A stretch of DNA of 26,589 nt, taken from IMG/VR virus record IMGVR_UViG_3300035148_000427, positions 1 to 26,589 of that record. One strand, given 5' to 3'. This stretch comes from a virus (taxonomy: Duplodnaviria > Caudoviricetes). The translations under genes were made by a program, and so were the position numbers. A model generated the notes under the pieces. That model was not told where the DNA came from. It searched no databases and saw nothing but the letters and a program-made list of their open reading frames with translations. Below are positions 6,777 to 16,198 of the stretch, one piece after another (the stretch's first letter is position 1; each line of letters starts with the position of its first letter).

Positions 6777-8681
6777 TTAGACAACCAATTCCCACTCGAC
6801 GTGGTACAGACTTGCGGTGCATCCAGTTGCCAACGTCACGCCCACATAGCAGGTATAAGAGCCGTCGCCCGCCGTCGCCTGACCCTCTGTGTTGACCGTC
6901 GCAATCGGGAAAGTACCAAAAGTCCCGTTTTGGATAGTGTGCATTTGCCGATAGCCCGTGCCCGGCGAAGCGAGCGTGCCCATCGACTCAATGAAAAAGT
7001 CGGCCTCAAGATACCAATCGCTAGGGGCGGTACACGGCGAGCCAATCATCGCCCCACCAGACATCCCAATTTGGCAAGTGATGTTGTTATTGCCAGCGCC
7101 GCCAGCGTAGTCGGTGTACCCCCACGCCTTCACTCGGAGCAAAGAGCCAGACATCATCGCCCAGAGGGGAATGTTGTAGTACGAAGCAGAGAACGCGCCC
7201 GTAGTTGTTCGTTGCTGTCCGCCGCTATTTGATTTGTGGACGCCTCTCACTTTCGCGTAGGTGTGGTTGACACCTGCGGTCGCTCCCGCTCCCCAGCGAA
7301 TAGATGGAATTGAATCGACGTAGTTGGTTGGGCGGTACTCAAACATTCGTCCCGCCGCTACGCCTGGTTCTGAACCCGTGAAAACGGGAAGTTTGACGTA
7401 GTTGGTGTCGGCGTAGAAGTCACCCGCCATCAAAGCGCCACCCGCTTCGATGTTCCCCTCCGCGTAGATTTTGTTGTCGGTGGGCGTGCCCCCTACGGCT
7501 CCGACGTAAAGGCCGTTGGCGATTCGGACACCATCAGAAACAATCCTCATTTCCTCGGTGCCGTTCAAGACGAACTGCATGTTGGTCCCGTCCCAATTCA
7601 TGTAGTCGTCCGCGCCCACATAGACGGTCCCGCCATCTGCGTACAGGTCGCCACCCGCTCGAATTTCTCCCACGGCGTAGATGTTGTTGTCGCCCGGTGC
7701 CGTTGCGTCGCCGACTCTCAAACCTCCGTACATGCTCACAAGGCCCGCAGCCGTCCACCACATGACGCCAGCCAAATTGCAGTAGATGTTGCCGCCCGTC
7801 GCGCTGTTGTAGATGTAGCTGCTTGAGTTCGGCGTCTGAATCGTGCCATCTCCCGCACGAAGGAACGTGGTAGCTGCAACGTAGGTGGTTGCCTGAACGT
7901 AGCTGCCCGCCGAAACGTAAGTCCCTGCTCCCAGAAAAGTGCCCGCCGAAATTGAAGCGGCGGCTCCGATGCAGTCATCGGTCGGAGCAGTCGTCAGGTC
8001 GCCGACGTAAAGGCCATTTCCTACGTTGAGGCCCGCCGCCTTGACTCGCACTTCCTCGACATCGGCAATCTTGAATTGGAAGTAGTCGCTGGCTCGGTTG
8101 TAGGCAATCTTGTCGCCGCTCGCGCCGAACTGAAGATAGGGCGCGGTGCCGCTGTCAAAGGCCATTTTCAGGTCGGCATCGCCGAGCTGGATTTCATCAT
8201 CAACAGGAGTCGGCGAAGCAATCCCGACGCACAGCCCACCAGGAACGATGAGGTCATCTTCGATGGTCAAATCGCCGTCGATGTAGAGTCCAGAAGCGTT
8301 GGCGTACAGCGCCAAATTTCCGCCCGCGTAGAGTTCGAGTTGAGAAGAACCGCTGTTGTACTTGATGCCGTACTGCGCACCAGTGTCCCAATAGGTATCC
8401 TTGCCGAGTCGGACCTCGGTGTTCGTGATTCGTATGGCTTCGGTAGCGTTGCCAGGACTTTTGAGCACAAGCTCGTCCTTGGACGCGCCGTCAAAAAGTC
8501 GTTCGTTCAGCCACTTCATCCACTCGCCAGTGAGTTTCGTCCGCCAGTTTTCAAAGGCCGAGGGAGGTATTTCCTCAAACAACCAGCCCTGGTCCTTTTT
8601 GACCTCTGGTGGTTCGATGATGTTCGCCGACGTGTCTGCCCATCGGGGTATCTTGGTTGGCTTTGTGTAGGTAGCTGTCAT
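6777..8681 (-). CDS. Tail fibre protein
   Basis: Follows the baseplate wedge genes. N-terminal WA...EP...K..GW...PP....NW.......W..WL fibre-anchor motif; Gly-rich beta repeats. Confidence 0.85.
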   Translation of the reverse strand: MTATYTKPTKIPRWADTSANIIEPPEVKKDQGWLFEEIPPSAFENWRTKLTGEWMKWLNERLFDGASKDELVLKSPGNATEAIRITNTEVRLGKDTYWDTGAQYGIKYNSGSSQLELYAGGNLALYANASGLYIDGDLTIEDDLIVPGGLCVGIASPTPVDDEIQLGDADLKMAFDSGTAPYLQFGASGDKIAYNRASDYFQFKIADVEEVRVKAAGLNVGNGLYVGDLTTAPTDDCIGAAASISAGTFLGAGTYVSAGSYVQATTYVAATTFLRAGDGTIQTPNSSSYIYNSATGGNIYCNLAGVMWWTAAGLVSMYGGLRVGDATAPGDNNIYAVGEIRAGGDLYADGGTVYVGADDYMNWDGTNMQFVLNGTEEMRIVSDGVRIANGLYVGAVGGTPTDNKIYAEGNIEAGGALMAGDFYADTNYVKLPVFTGSEPGVAAGRMFEYRPTNYVDSIPSIRWGAGATAGVNHTYAKVRGVHKSNSGGQQRTTTGAFSASYYNIPLWAMMSGSLLRVKAWGYTDYAGGAGNNNITCQIGMSGGAMIGSPCTAPSDWYLEADFFIESMGTLASPGTGYRQMHTIQNGTFGTFPIATVNTEGQATAGDGSYTCYVGVTLATGCTASLYHVEWELVV

Positions 8682-9232
8682 GCGATTCCGCCTCCGTACT
8701 TCCCGATGTCAAATCCTGGGCCGACATCATACCGGAAAGAGCCGAGAACGCCGAAGGTCAAGATGGCCTCCACGCCCGCAGGTTTTCCTTGCTGCACGAT
8801 GCCCCACAATTTGGTCGGGTCGATGATAGTTGGGTCGATGGGGTCCACTACGTTCGCTATGAACGCGGCGGGGAAGAATTCCAAAACCTGCACGCGCACG
8901 TCCCCCGCGAGGCCGCGCAAGAGGTTTTGGATGTCTTGGATTGTCCCGTCGCCGATATTCAGTTGCATCCTCGCCTTGATTGCAGTTCGGTATTCGAGGT
9001 CGGGTCGGCTTTCACGAGCTTCGCCAACGATTGAACCGAACCCGTCAAGTTGCGCTCCTTCGGCGTAGTCAATCCACCGCTCAGTCACGAGCTGGTAGAA
9101 AACGTCCTCCAATTCTTGAATCTGGCGACTCAGAGTGTTGATGAGCGAGGCGAGCTTGGGCTTGCCCTTGAATTGAGCTGCCAAATTCGCCAACGCTTCG
9201 GAGGCGTGGGTGGTCTTGAAAGTGAGTGCCAT
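8678..9232 (-). CDS. Baseplate wedge protein (DUF2612/gpI-like)
   Basis: L..QFK.KP.L...IDYAEGAQLD..G.IVG..R....D..YR..IKA....N...GT...PAGV motifs; position after J. Confidence 0.85.
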   Translation of the reverse strand: MALTFKTTHASEALANLAAQFKGKPKLASLINTLSRQIQELEDVFYQLVTERWIDYAEGAQLDGFGSIVGEARESRPDLEYRTAIKARMQLNIGDGTIQDIQNLLRGLAGDVRVQVLEFFPAAFIANVVDPIDPTIIDPTKLWGIVQQGKPAGVEAILTFGVLGSFRYDVGPGFDIGKYGGGIA

Positions 9233-10707
9233 CAGACCACCGTCACCGTGATTCGGCTAGTGTCGAACGTCGCAAGGTCGCGGAAAGCGACCACGATGTT
9301 CCCCGTGTTCACCGGAGGAAACACAGTGTCAATCTTGAAAATGGTCACGTCCTCGACGCCAGCGACCGAAAGAGGAACGCACCTGAACTGGAGGGCGATG
9401 ACATCATCGCCAATTTGCAGCGCGTCGCCAAAGGCTTTGAGCGCCAACTTGATTTGGTCCACCCCGTCAGTCGGAAACGTGGCGGGATTTTTGACGACAG
9501 TGAGGTCCATCCAAATGGGCCTCAAAGTGGGTCGGCTGAAGTTGATGGTGTGAAGGAAGCCCATCGTGTCGATGACTGTCTTAGCCACCGAGCCGAAGGT
9601 TTCTATGCCCGCTGGCTTGGTCAACCAAATGGCGTCGGCGATTTCTTGGTCGTCGCCGCCAGCGGCGACCACCTCAAACGATTTCGGAGGCAGCCCGTTG
9701 CTGTCCACCACCATCGTCACGTTCTCGAAAATGAAGGCTTGAAGAACGTCATCAAGTTCTCGAACCTTGGCGCGTATCGCCTCAAGCGTGCCTGCGCCAG
9801 TGATGCGCAGCAATTCGATGCGGCGAAGGCGAAAAGATGCGTCTGTTTCAACGTCGCGCCCAAGTGTTGCGTCGAGCGAATTGAATCCCTTGATGAGCGT
9901 AGTGACAAAACCAAGCGCGGTGTTGCCCGTGCCGCCGATGACTTGAACAGAATTTCCCGACCCCGCTTCGTCAGTGAAAATCCTAACCTTAGTCAAAGCG
10001 GCAAGTGCGCCCCCTCCAGCCAAGGCGCTGTCGATGACTGACGCAACCTCCGACGCGGTGGCGTTGTTGATGTCAACGAAGTCGCCCGCGTTGAACGTGA
10101 CTGTCTGCACCAAGCCGCCATCAACCTTGATGTCGAGGGTGTCGCCGTCGTTCAAGGCGTAGGGTTCGGCGTTGTCGCACGTCAGCGCAGAATTGGATTT
10201 CCACCCACTCACGGGTGTCTGAATCGCGTCGATGGTCGAAGCGAGTCCGAGAATGGGTCCGTAGTCCTCCGATTCAGCAAGAACTGAAAATGTGGCAGGA
10301 GCGCCGGTCGAGTTTGTTGCCGAAGTGGTTGTCTTGAACCGAGCGCCAGCCGTGCCCACACTGACCAAGCGGCCTGCGGGCAAAGAAACGCCATCGTCCA
10401 AGTGGATACGGTCGAGAACAATCGCGCTCTTTGTCGCAGGAAGGCGCGTCGCGCCCGTGATGGAAGAAACTTGGTCAAGCGCCTCGCCGTCCGCCGAATC
10501 GGGATATTGAGAACGGTAGACTGCTTCGGCAACGTCCCACAGCTCGCGCAGTTTGTCGCCGTAGATGCCGTTGAGTTGTCCAAAAACCGATGTGGCGAGA
10601 AGATTCAGAGTAGGACTGATGTTCGCCCGCTCGTCAGATTCTATCTCGTTCAAAAGGTCGGCCAGGGTCTTTTTCAAGAACCCGGATGGAGTGACGCCGT
10701 AGCTCAT
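9232..10707 (-). CDS. Baseplate J/gp47-like wedge protein with an internal inserted domain
   Basis: YGVT..GF..K.L, A.GEALD......G..R, G.D.ETDA.FR.R, ENxT...D.NGLPP.SFE.V..GG....IA..IW..KPAGI.T.G, FSRPT motifs. Confidence 0.92.
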   Translation of the reverse strand: MSYGVTPSGFLKKTLADLLNEIESDERANISPTLNLLATSVFGQLNGIYGDKLRELWDVAEAVYRSQYPDSADGEALDQVSSITGATRLPATKSAIVLDRIHLDDGVSLPAGRLVSVGTAGARFKTTTSATNSTGAPATFSVLAESEDYGPILGLASTIDAIQTPVSGWKSNSALTCDNAEPYALNDGDTLDIKVDGGLVQTVTFNAGDFVDINNATASEVASVIDSALAGGGALAALTKVRIFTDEAGSGNSVQVIGGTGNTALGFVTTLIKGFNSLDATLGRDVETDASFRLRRIELLRITGAGTLEAIRAKVRELDDVLQAFIFENVTMVVDSNGLPPKSFEVVAAGGDDQEIADAIWLTKPAGIETFGSVAKTVIDTMGFLHTINFSRPTLRPIWMDLTVVKNPATFPTDGVDQIKLALKAFGDALQIGDDVIALQFRCVPLSVAGVEDVTIFKIDTVFPPVNTGNIVVAFRDLATFDTSRITVTVV

Positions 10708-11063
10708 ACAATCAACTCCTTGGTGTAGGTGAAGTCACCCTCGACCGACTTCACGTTGAAGGAAACCGAAAGGCGTCTCGTGGGTCCGTCATAATCAAGA
10801 ATGAGGTCGTTGATTGTTCGGACGCCGGGGCTGGTCATTATCGCCTTTCGGAAAATGTTTTTGAGGACGTTGAGCCGAGGCTTCTCACCCAAAATCTTTT
10901 GGAAGTACGGAACGCCCAAGCGCGAGTCCAAAAACCACTCGCCCTGGAAGAATTGCAGCCGAATGGTCAGGTCTTGAGCGACCTTCTCAATCCCCGACGT
11001 GAGGACGAGCGTGTCGCCTACAATCGCCAGGTCGCCGTTCGTGTCGAGTTTCAAGTCGCTCAT
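10704..11063 (-). CDS. Baseplate wedge/sheath initiator (gp25/gpW-like)
   Basis: D..GDL......Q....RL..F.GEWFLD...GVPY...ILG...I...PGV motif; precedes J. Confidence 0.85.
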   Translation of the reverse strand: MSDLKLDTNGDLAIVGDTLVLTSGIEKVAQDLTIRLQFFQGEWFLDSRLGVPYFQKILGEKPRLNVLKNIFRKAIMTSPGVRTINDLILDYDGPTRRLSVSFNVKSVEGDFTYTKELIV

Positions 11064-11066
11064 CGT

Positions 11067-11597
11067 TCAACTCACCGTATGACTTACGGGCGTGGGAGCC
11101 GTCGTGTCCAAGAAAGTAGCGCCCGCCATAGGTGCTGCCAGAATTGCCGCAGCGATTGCATCATAGGAATCCTCCATTGACAGTTTCCCGGTCGTGTTCG
11201 CTGTGAACACGAGTCCGAGATTGGTTGCGAACAAGGTTTCTGCACTTGAGTCGAGCATGAAAGGCGGGGGCAGCAGGAAAGGCCCCGCAGGGGGAGGCGT
11301 AACCTCGGCGAACAAAATGAGAGCTGTTGTGCCCGCCCAAAACGCTTTGCAAGCGTCCTTGATGATGGTGCCTGCCTGCAAAGCAGTTTGCCCTTGCGAA
11401 AACAGAGGCAAGATTGCCGTTTTGAACAGCGCAAGCGCAGCGGGGTCGCCCGATGCGGTTTTGTTCGTAGGCAATTCGGTAGCCTCGGCGATGAAAGCCT
11501 CCCAAGCGTCAGCCCAACCTTGCGCCATGGTGTTGGCGTCGGTCGGGTTGCCGATGAGCTTGAGCGCGTCGGCCAATGTTGCAACAGTCATCGCCAT
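11067..11597 (-). CDS. Hypothetical baseplate-associated protein
   Basis: 176 aa, Ala/Pro-rich, fills the gap between the spike and gp25-like genes. Confidence 0.65.
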   Translation of the reverse strand: MAMTVATLADALKLIGNPTDANTMAQGWADAWEAFIAEATELPTNKTASGDPAALALFKTAILPLFSQGQTALQAGTIIKDACKAFWAGTTALILFAEVTPPPAGPFLLPPPFMLDSSAETLFATNLGLVFTANTTGKLSMEDSYDAIAAAILAAPMAGATFLDTTAPTPVSHTVS

Positions 11598-11598
11598 C

Positions 11599-12363
11599 TT
11601 AGCCGTCCGGTATGCTCACCTTGGTTGAGTTGATGACCGCCTCCCACGGCGGACTCGGAATGGGTCCAGGCGCAGCAGGCGGACCACTTGGCCCCACGCC
11701 CGTTGGATGGGTGTGAGCGTCCAAGTAGAGGTTGAGTTTTCCCCAGAGAGTTTGCAGCGCCTCGACAATGGCAACGTGCTTTGCCCCGTCGCCGAGCGTC
11801 AATGTGGCGTCTGCGTCCTTGTTTTCGAGTTTGATGGTGTTCCCGCCGTCGAAGGTGATTTCCACCGCGCCGCCATCTTTGATGACGAGTTGAGAACCCT
11901 TCTCGTCCTGTCCAAGAACGAGGTCGTTTCCGTTGGAATCCTTGATGGGCTTGGCGAAGGGGTACAGACCAGGAAAAGCAACCGCGTCTGTCAAATCGTG
12001 CATCCGAAGGTCAACGGGGTCGGTATCTTCTCCCTGCCCTGCCATGTACTTGTCGATTGACCGCTCGACGATGACCAACAGAACGAAATCGCCTTGCTGT
12101 ACGGGGAAAGAAATGAAGTATCCCCCCGCACGCGGGAACATGACAGGAACGTCTGTGATGATGGGCAATTCCTCGACAAGCTCGGTGCCGTCCTCGTTGA
12201 TAGTCGTCTTTTTGAGCAGCGGTTTGATGTCGGCCTTCTGCGTGGCGGGGTCGTACTTTTCCACTTTCCCAGGCAACGAGGTGTGGACATCAGCGATGCC
12301 TTGGTCGAGCGCCGCACGAAGCACTTCCTCAAGACTAGGGCTGCGAGTGTTGCCGAGTCTCAT
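11599..12363 (-). CDS. Gp138-family baseplate central spike
   Basis: HT.LPG.V..YD...Q.A...P, LP...DVPV.FPR.GG....FPV..GD..L....ERSID, R.HDL.DA...PG; C-terminal HTH (HxH) metal-binding tip. Confidence 0.92.
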   Translation of the reverse strand: MRLGNTRSPSLEEVLRAALDQGIADVHTSLPGKVEKYDPATQKADIKPLLKKTTINEDGTELVEELPIITDVPVMFPRAGGYFISFPVQQGDFVLLVIVERSIDKYMAGQGEDTDPVDLRMHDLTDAVAFPGLYPFAKPIKDSNGNDLVLGQDEKGSQLVIKDGGAVEITFDGGNTIKLENKDADATLTLGDGAKHVAIVEALQTLWGKLNLYLDAHTHPTGVGPSGPPAAPGPIPSPPWEAVINSTKVSIPDG

Positions 12364-13214
12364 AGCGGCCTCCCCTCAAGGTCGCTGTACCAATCTTGAC
12401 CCCAGGTGTCGCCGAAGTGCTTGGTTTTTTCGAGCTTGAAAAACCCGTCGATGAGCGCCGACTTGATGTGGCATTTCCTGCCCGGCATCAGACCGCCCAA
12501 GAGCAAACACTTGGCCTTGACCACCCCGCCCTCACCCACCTCTGGCGACCCGATGAGGCCACTGTCCGCTGTCAGGCTGAGAACGTCTTGCTGAGTCGTT
12601 TCATTGGGTTGGAGAACCTGAAGCTGCCCGTCCTGAATCGACCATTGGAATCCCGCCGTCGTGCAATACTTGTCCAACACGTCGGACGCTCGGCCACTGA
12701 CTGTCACCCCTCTGGTGAATTCAGTTAGCCCGCCACGGAAATTTCCACTTGAAAATTTCTGAGCGGCGTTGCCCAACCCGACTCCCAAAGAATCAGCAGC
12801 GCCTTTGAGCAACGCGGACATTTGCGTGCCAGGACCGAAAGATTGGTTCATGCGAGCGGAAGAATACTGCTTGGCTCCATCGCCGCATTGAACCGTAGTA
12901 ATCCAATCGGTTGCTTCTCGAACGTGACTCACAAAGGTGATGTCACCTGAGAACAGTTGCTCGGTCGTTCCCACATAGCCAGCTTCGATGATGAGGGGTT
13001 GGTCTTTCTGCAAACTTGCCCGGTGTTCAGACGTGAGATTCCAAATTTTCACCTCGGCCTTGTTTGGGTCGCGGTTCGCGGATTTTTCTACCGAGAAAGA
13101 CATTTTCAAAAGCGGTTTGACCGTGGGCAAGGTGGGGTCGTCATCGAGGCCCCGCGATGCGATTCGGATAGTGTTGACCACTACCACGATGTCACGGTTG
13201 AAAAGGTCGCTCAC
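12360..13214 (-). CDS. Baseplate hub protein
   Basis: F.VEK.....PN.A...IWNL, EAGY......LF.G.I, D..T...CGDG, WSIQDG.L, SGLIGSPE, H.GDT.G..WY motifs. Confidence 0.88.
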   Translation of the reverse strand: MSDLFNRDIVVVVNTIRIASRGLDDDPTLPTVKPLLKMSFSVEKSANRDPNKAEVKIWNLTSEHRASLQKDQPLIIEAGYVGTTEQLFSGDITFVSHVREATDWITTVQCGDGAKQYSSARMNQSFGPGTQMSALLKGAADSLGVGLGNAAQKFSSGNFRGGLTEFTRGVTVSGRASDVLDKYCTTAGFQWSIQDGQLQVLQPNETTQQDVLSLTADSGLIGSPEVGEGGVVKAKCLLLGGLMPGRKCHIKSALIDGFFKLEKTKHFGDTWGQDWYSDLEGRPL

Positions 13215-13546
13215 GGCAAGGACTCCTGTTGTTCGTAGATGAGAGCGACCCGCTGGTCCAACCCCGTCAAATCAGGGTCGGCAGGAGGCGTTGTCGTGTC
13301 GAGCGCGATGATTTCGCCAGGAGGTCGTTCAGGAATCATCGCAAGACGTAGCACGGGGAAATTCACACTGAGTTTGACCCCACTTCGTATGGCGTTTCCT
13401 TTCGTGTCAGAGAGGTCCATGTACCAAACGCCCTCGCGGTCGTTGTACTTGAGGAAGATTTGGTATTCGAGTCCGTCCAACTCGACAACGAAGTAGAAGT
13501 TGCCGAAGTTGCTCGCGTTGGAGGTTGGGATGACTTGGGTTGCCAT
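13211..13546 (-). CDS. Baseplate plug-like small protein
   Basis: Start moved to ATG 13546 (GGAG RBS); F.V.LDG..Y...L.YN.R...WY.D..D..G.....G..L motif; located between Dit-like and hub genes. Confidence 0.75.
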   Translation of the reverse strand: MATQVIPTSNASNFGNFYFVVELDGLEYQIFLKYNDREGVWYMDLSDTKGNAIRSGVKLSVNFPVLRLAMIPERPPGEIIALDTTTPPADPDLTGLDQRVALIYEQQESLP

Positions 13547-13547
13547 G

Positions 13548-14147
13548 TTACGCTCCAAACAACCCGCCGAGCGAACTCAGAATCGACTGAGAACCGCCCG
13601 ACTGCGCCGCCGAAGCTGCGCCCTTTGCTTTCTTGCCCGCGTCCTTCGCCTTTTTCTGAGCTGCCTTGGAGGGTTCAGGCGCGGCTACGGTTTCGGTCTT
13701 TGCGATGATGATTTCTCGCAGGCCCAGGTTACAGTTCAGCACGTTGCCGTTTTGTGCGTCCCGCGTGACGCTCATGCTGGTGATTGCCATGTTCTCGTAT
13801 TCCCAGAATGAGGTCACGACTGTCACCAACTCGCCCTTGTCCATGATTTCGCGCAACGTCGCATAGGCGACTTCGGCGCGGTCTGGAGTGGGCGACAGGT
13901 CGTTCTCAAGCGGCGACGGCGCTTGGATGCTTGCTAGGAAGATGATGGGATGGTTGGTGACTATGCCGTTGAGTTCGAGCGATTCGGGCTGCCTCCGAAT
14001 ATGGTCGCTGATAGTCGAACCTTCCTCGACGGGGTGGTCCGTAATTTGGGCCTCCTTCGAGTGAGTTTCGCTCACGCTGCAATCGAATTGGACCGTGCCC
14101 ACCTGGGCTTTCGTTTTGGGTCCAAAAATGAGGTCGGTGAGGCCCAT
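13548..14147 (-). CDS. Dit-like baseplate/tail tube initiator protein
   Basis: FD...SE.H.....IT.HPVE.G..ISDH....P..L...G, V.V.T....Y.NM.I.S.......L.EI motifs; directly after TMP. Confidence 0.85.
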   Translation of the reverse strand: MGLTDLIFGPKTKAQVGTVQFDCSVSETHSKEAQITDHPVEEGSTISDHIRRQPESLELNGIVTNHPIIFLASIQAPSPLENDLSPTPDRAEVAYATLREIMDKGELVTVVTSFWEYENMAITSMSVTRDAQNGNVLNCNLGLREIIIAKTETVAAPEPSKAAQKKAKDAGKKAKGAASAAQSGGSQSILSSLGGLFGA

Positions 14148-15940
14148 CAGGTTGCTCCCGCAGCGGCAGGCGACAGCGCCCGAATTGCCATTCTGTTCGT
14201 GCGCTCGTTTTCAGCCGCAACATGCTTGGCGACAGCACTCGCAAGCATTTCCTCGTTCATTCCTGGCGCGGCGTTCACCGACACCGACACGTTGGACGTG
14301 GGCGAGAACCCGCCGCCTCCGGTGGTTGGAGATGCCGTAGCTACTCCTGCGCCAAAAGCACCTGGCCCCGCTGTTGCGAGCGTGCCCGCACCAGCCGCCG
14401 CCGAAGTTGCCTCTGCGCCGCCTATGCCCACCTTCGCCAGAAGTCCCTTCACGGCTCGGAATGGCGCGGTGATGGTATCGTAGATGAAACTGCCAAACTG
14501 TTTGAAAAGCTCCCACCAAAAACTGATGGCCGTTTTGATGGATTCAGTCACGGCGTTCCAGCCCGCGACGAAAATGCCCACGATTCCGTCCATGATTCCT
14601 TGGACGGTTTCAGAAATCCACTGGCCAATCGAGGTGAAAAACCCCGCGATAAGCTGCCACCACCACTGCAAGGCAGTTGTGATGTAGCCCCCAACCGCGT
14701 CCCACAAGGCTTGGAAAATCATCAGGACATTGTTGCCGAGGTTTTGGATTGCCTCGACAGGTCCCACCGTGAACATATCTATCCAGAACTGGATGAAGGC
14801 GAACACCATGTCCTGCATGAACTGGAAGTAGGCTTTGATGGTGGTCCACACCATCGCCATCGTTTCGCCCAGACCAGGAATAGTGTCGATGAGCTGTTGA
14901 AACCACGCAACGAGGTCGCCGATGACCGACTTGCCGCCCTCGCGCCACGTCTGGAAATCTTCGATGATGAGCGCAATCAACCCGATGAGCAGGAGGATGG
15001 AACCACCAGGCAACATGAGCAGCAGGGCGATAGCGGCGGCGATTCCGCCTATGAGCAGGAATTTCTTCTGCAACGGGTCGAGCGTTTTTGTCCACTCGAT
15101 GATGCCGTTGGTGATGTCAGAGGCAAGTCGGAAAAGTCGAGCGATGCCCTCGCCCACCCTCTGAATCGCAGGCCCAAACTTCGTGGCGAGCCATTCTCGG
15201 TTCGCCTTTATCCAGTTCACCATCGTCTTGGTGATTCCGGTCATGGCCGGGATGAGCGCCTTGCCCACGATGTTCTTGAGGCCCTGCAACCCCATCTTCA
15301 TCTGGTTTTGCGCGTCATCGTACTCAGCGGAAGCTCGAATGAGGTCTTGGTCCATGACCGCTCCGAGGTCATAGGCCGCCTGCATCTGTTCGTTGAGCGC
15401 CTTGGAGCCACCCTTGAGCATGGGCAACAAAGCGGTTCCGCTTTTGCCCAACACCTTCATGGTGAGGGCGGTGCGTTCGGTATCGTTCGTCACACCCGCA
15501 AGCCCATCGGCGATTTCGGGCATGAGTTGTTCGGCGTTTTTCAGCGACCCATCGGCGTTTTTGACGTTGATACCGAGCCGCTTGAAGGCCGCGCCCGTTT
15601 CCTTGCCGCCTGTCGCCGCATCTTCGGCAGCGACCGAGAGTTTCTTGATGGCACCCTCGACGGTTTCCGCCGAAGCACCCGAACCCTCTGCGACGTAGGA
15701 CCAGGCTTGGAGCGCCTGGGCGCTCGCGCCTGTGCGCTGCGCCATTTCGTCGAACTTGTCGCCGAGAGCGGCAACCTCCGCCGCCATGTCTTTGAACACG
15801 TCAAAGACTTTGATGGCGGCGAAGGCTACGGCAGCTTGCTTTGCGTAGCCGAGTAGCTTGTCCAGTCCTCCCTCGGCCTGTTGGAATGAGGCTTTGTCAG
15901 TCTCCAGACCGAAGAGAGCGGTCAGTTGTTTGACAATCAT
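14147..15940 (-). CDS. Tape measure protein
   Basis: 597 aa, Ala-rich helical, Trp-periodic C-terminal region, hydrophobic central segment; follows the chaperone pair; AAGGTGAGG RBS. Confidence 0.92.
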   Translation of the reverse strand: MIVKQLTALFGLETDKASFQQAEGGLDKLLGYAKQAAVAFAAIKVFDVFKDMAAEVAALGDKFDEMAQRTGASAQALQAWSYVAEGSGASAETVEGAIKKLSVAAEDAATGGKETGAAFKRLGINVKNADGSLKNAEQLMPEIADGLAGVTNDTERTALTMKVLGKSGTALLPMLKGGSKALNEQMQAAYDLGAVMDQDLIRASAEYDDAQNQMKMGLQGLKNIVGKALIPAMTGITKTMVNWIKANREWLATKFGPAIQRVGEGIARLFRLASDITNGIIEWTKTLDPLQKKFLLIGGIAAAIALLLMLPGGSILLLIGLIALIIEDFQTWREGGKSVIGDLVAWFQQLIDTIPGLGETMAMVWTTIKAYFQFMQDMVFAFIQFWIDMFTVGPVEAIQNLGNNVLMIFQALWDAVGGYITTALQWWWQLIAGFFTSIGQWISETVQGIMDGIVGIFVAGWNAVTESIKTAISFWWELFKQFGSFIYDTITAPFRAVKGLLAKVGIGGAEATSAAAGAGTLATAGPGAFGAGVATASPTTGGGGFSPTSNVSVSVNAAPGMNEEMLASAVAKHVAAENERTNRMAIRALSPAAAGAT

Positions 15941-15943
15941 GCC

Positions 15944-16198
15944 TCACCTTCCCAGGCCAGGTTTGAGAGGTTGCATCGCTCGTCGCTCGGCTTCCTCCTT
16001 CAAATCCAAAGCCTCGTTCGCATCCAAAACTTCCACGAGGTCGTAGAATCGCTTGATTTCCTCAAGCGACGCCACCCTCTCAATCACCAATCTCCAAACC
16101 AACCAATTCAGGTGGCTTGGGACGGGGACGGTGCCGCGCCCATCACCTGCGCGCCTCGGTTTCGCACGGCGTTCACCAAGGCGCTCAAGGACTTTCCC
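15944..16198 (-). CDS. Tail assembly chaperone frameshift extension (gpT-like part of a G-T fusion, about 214 aa total)
   Basis: Lies in the -1 frame relative to 16108..16587 and is entered at G GGA AAG; ends 3 nt before the TMP start. Confidence 0.8.
   Translation of the reverse strand, partial: GKVLERLGERRAKPRRAGDGRGTVPVPSHLNWLVWRLVIERVASLEEIKRFYDLVEVLDANEALDLKEEAERRAMQPLKPGLGR

Noticed and set aside
8076-10041. 330-aa, 167-aa and 271-aa plus-strand ORFs
   Set aside because: Lie wholly opposite well-supported fibre and baseplate genes; no protein-family features.
14222-15856. 544-aa plus-strand ORF
   Set aside because: Antisense shadow of the tape measure gene in GC-rich DNA; no recognisable motifs.
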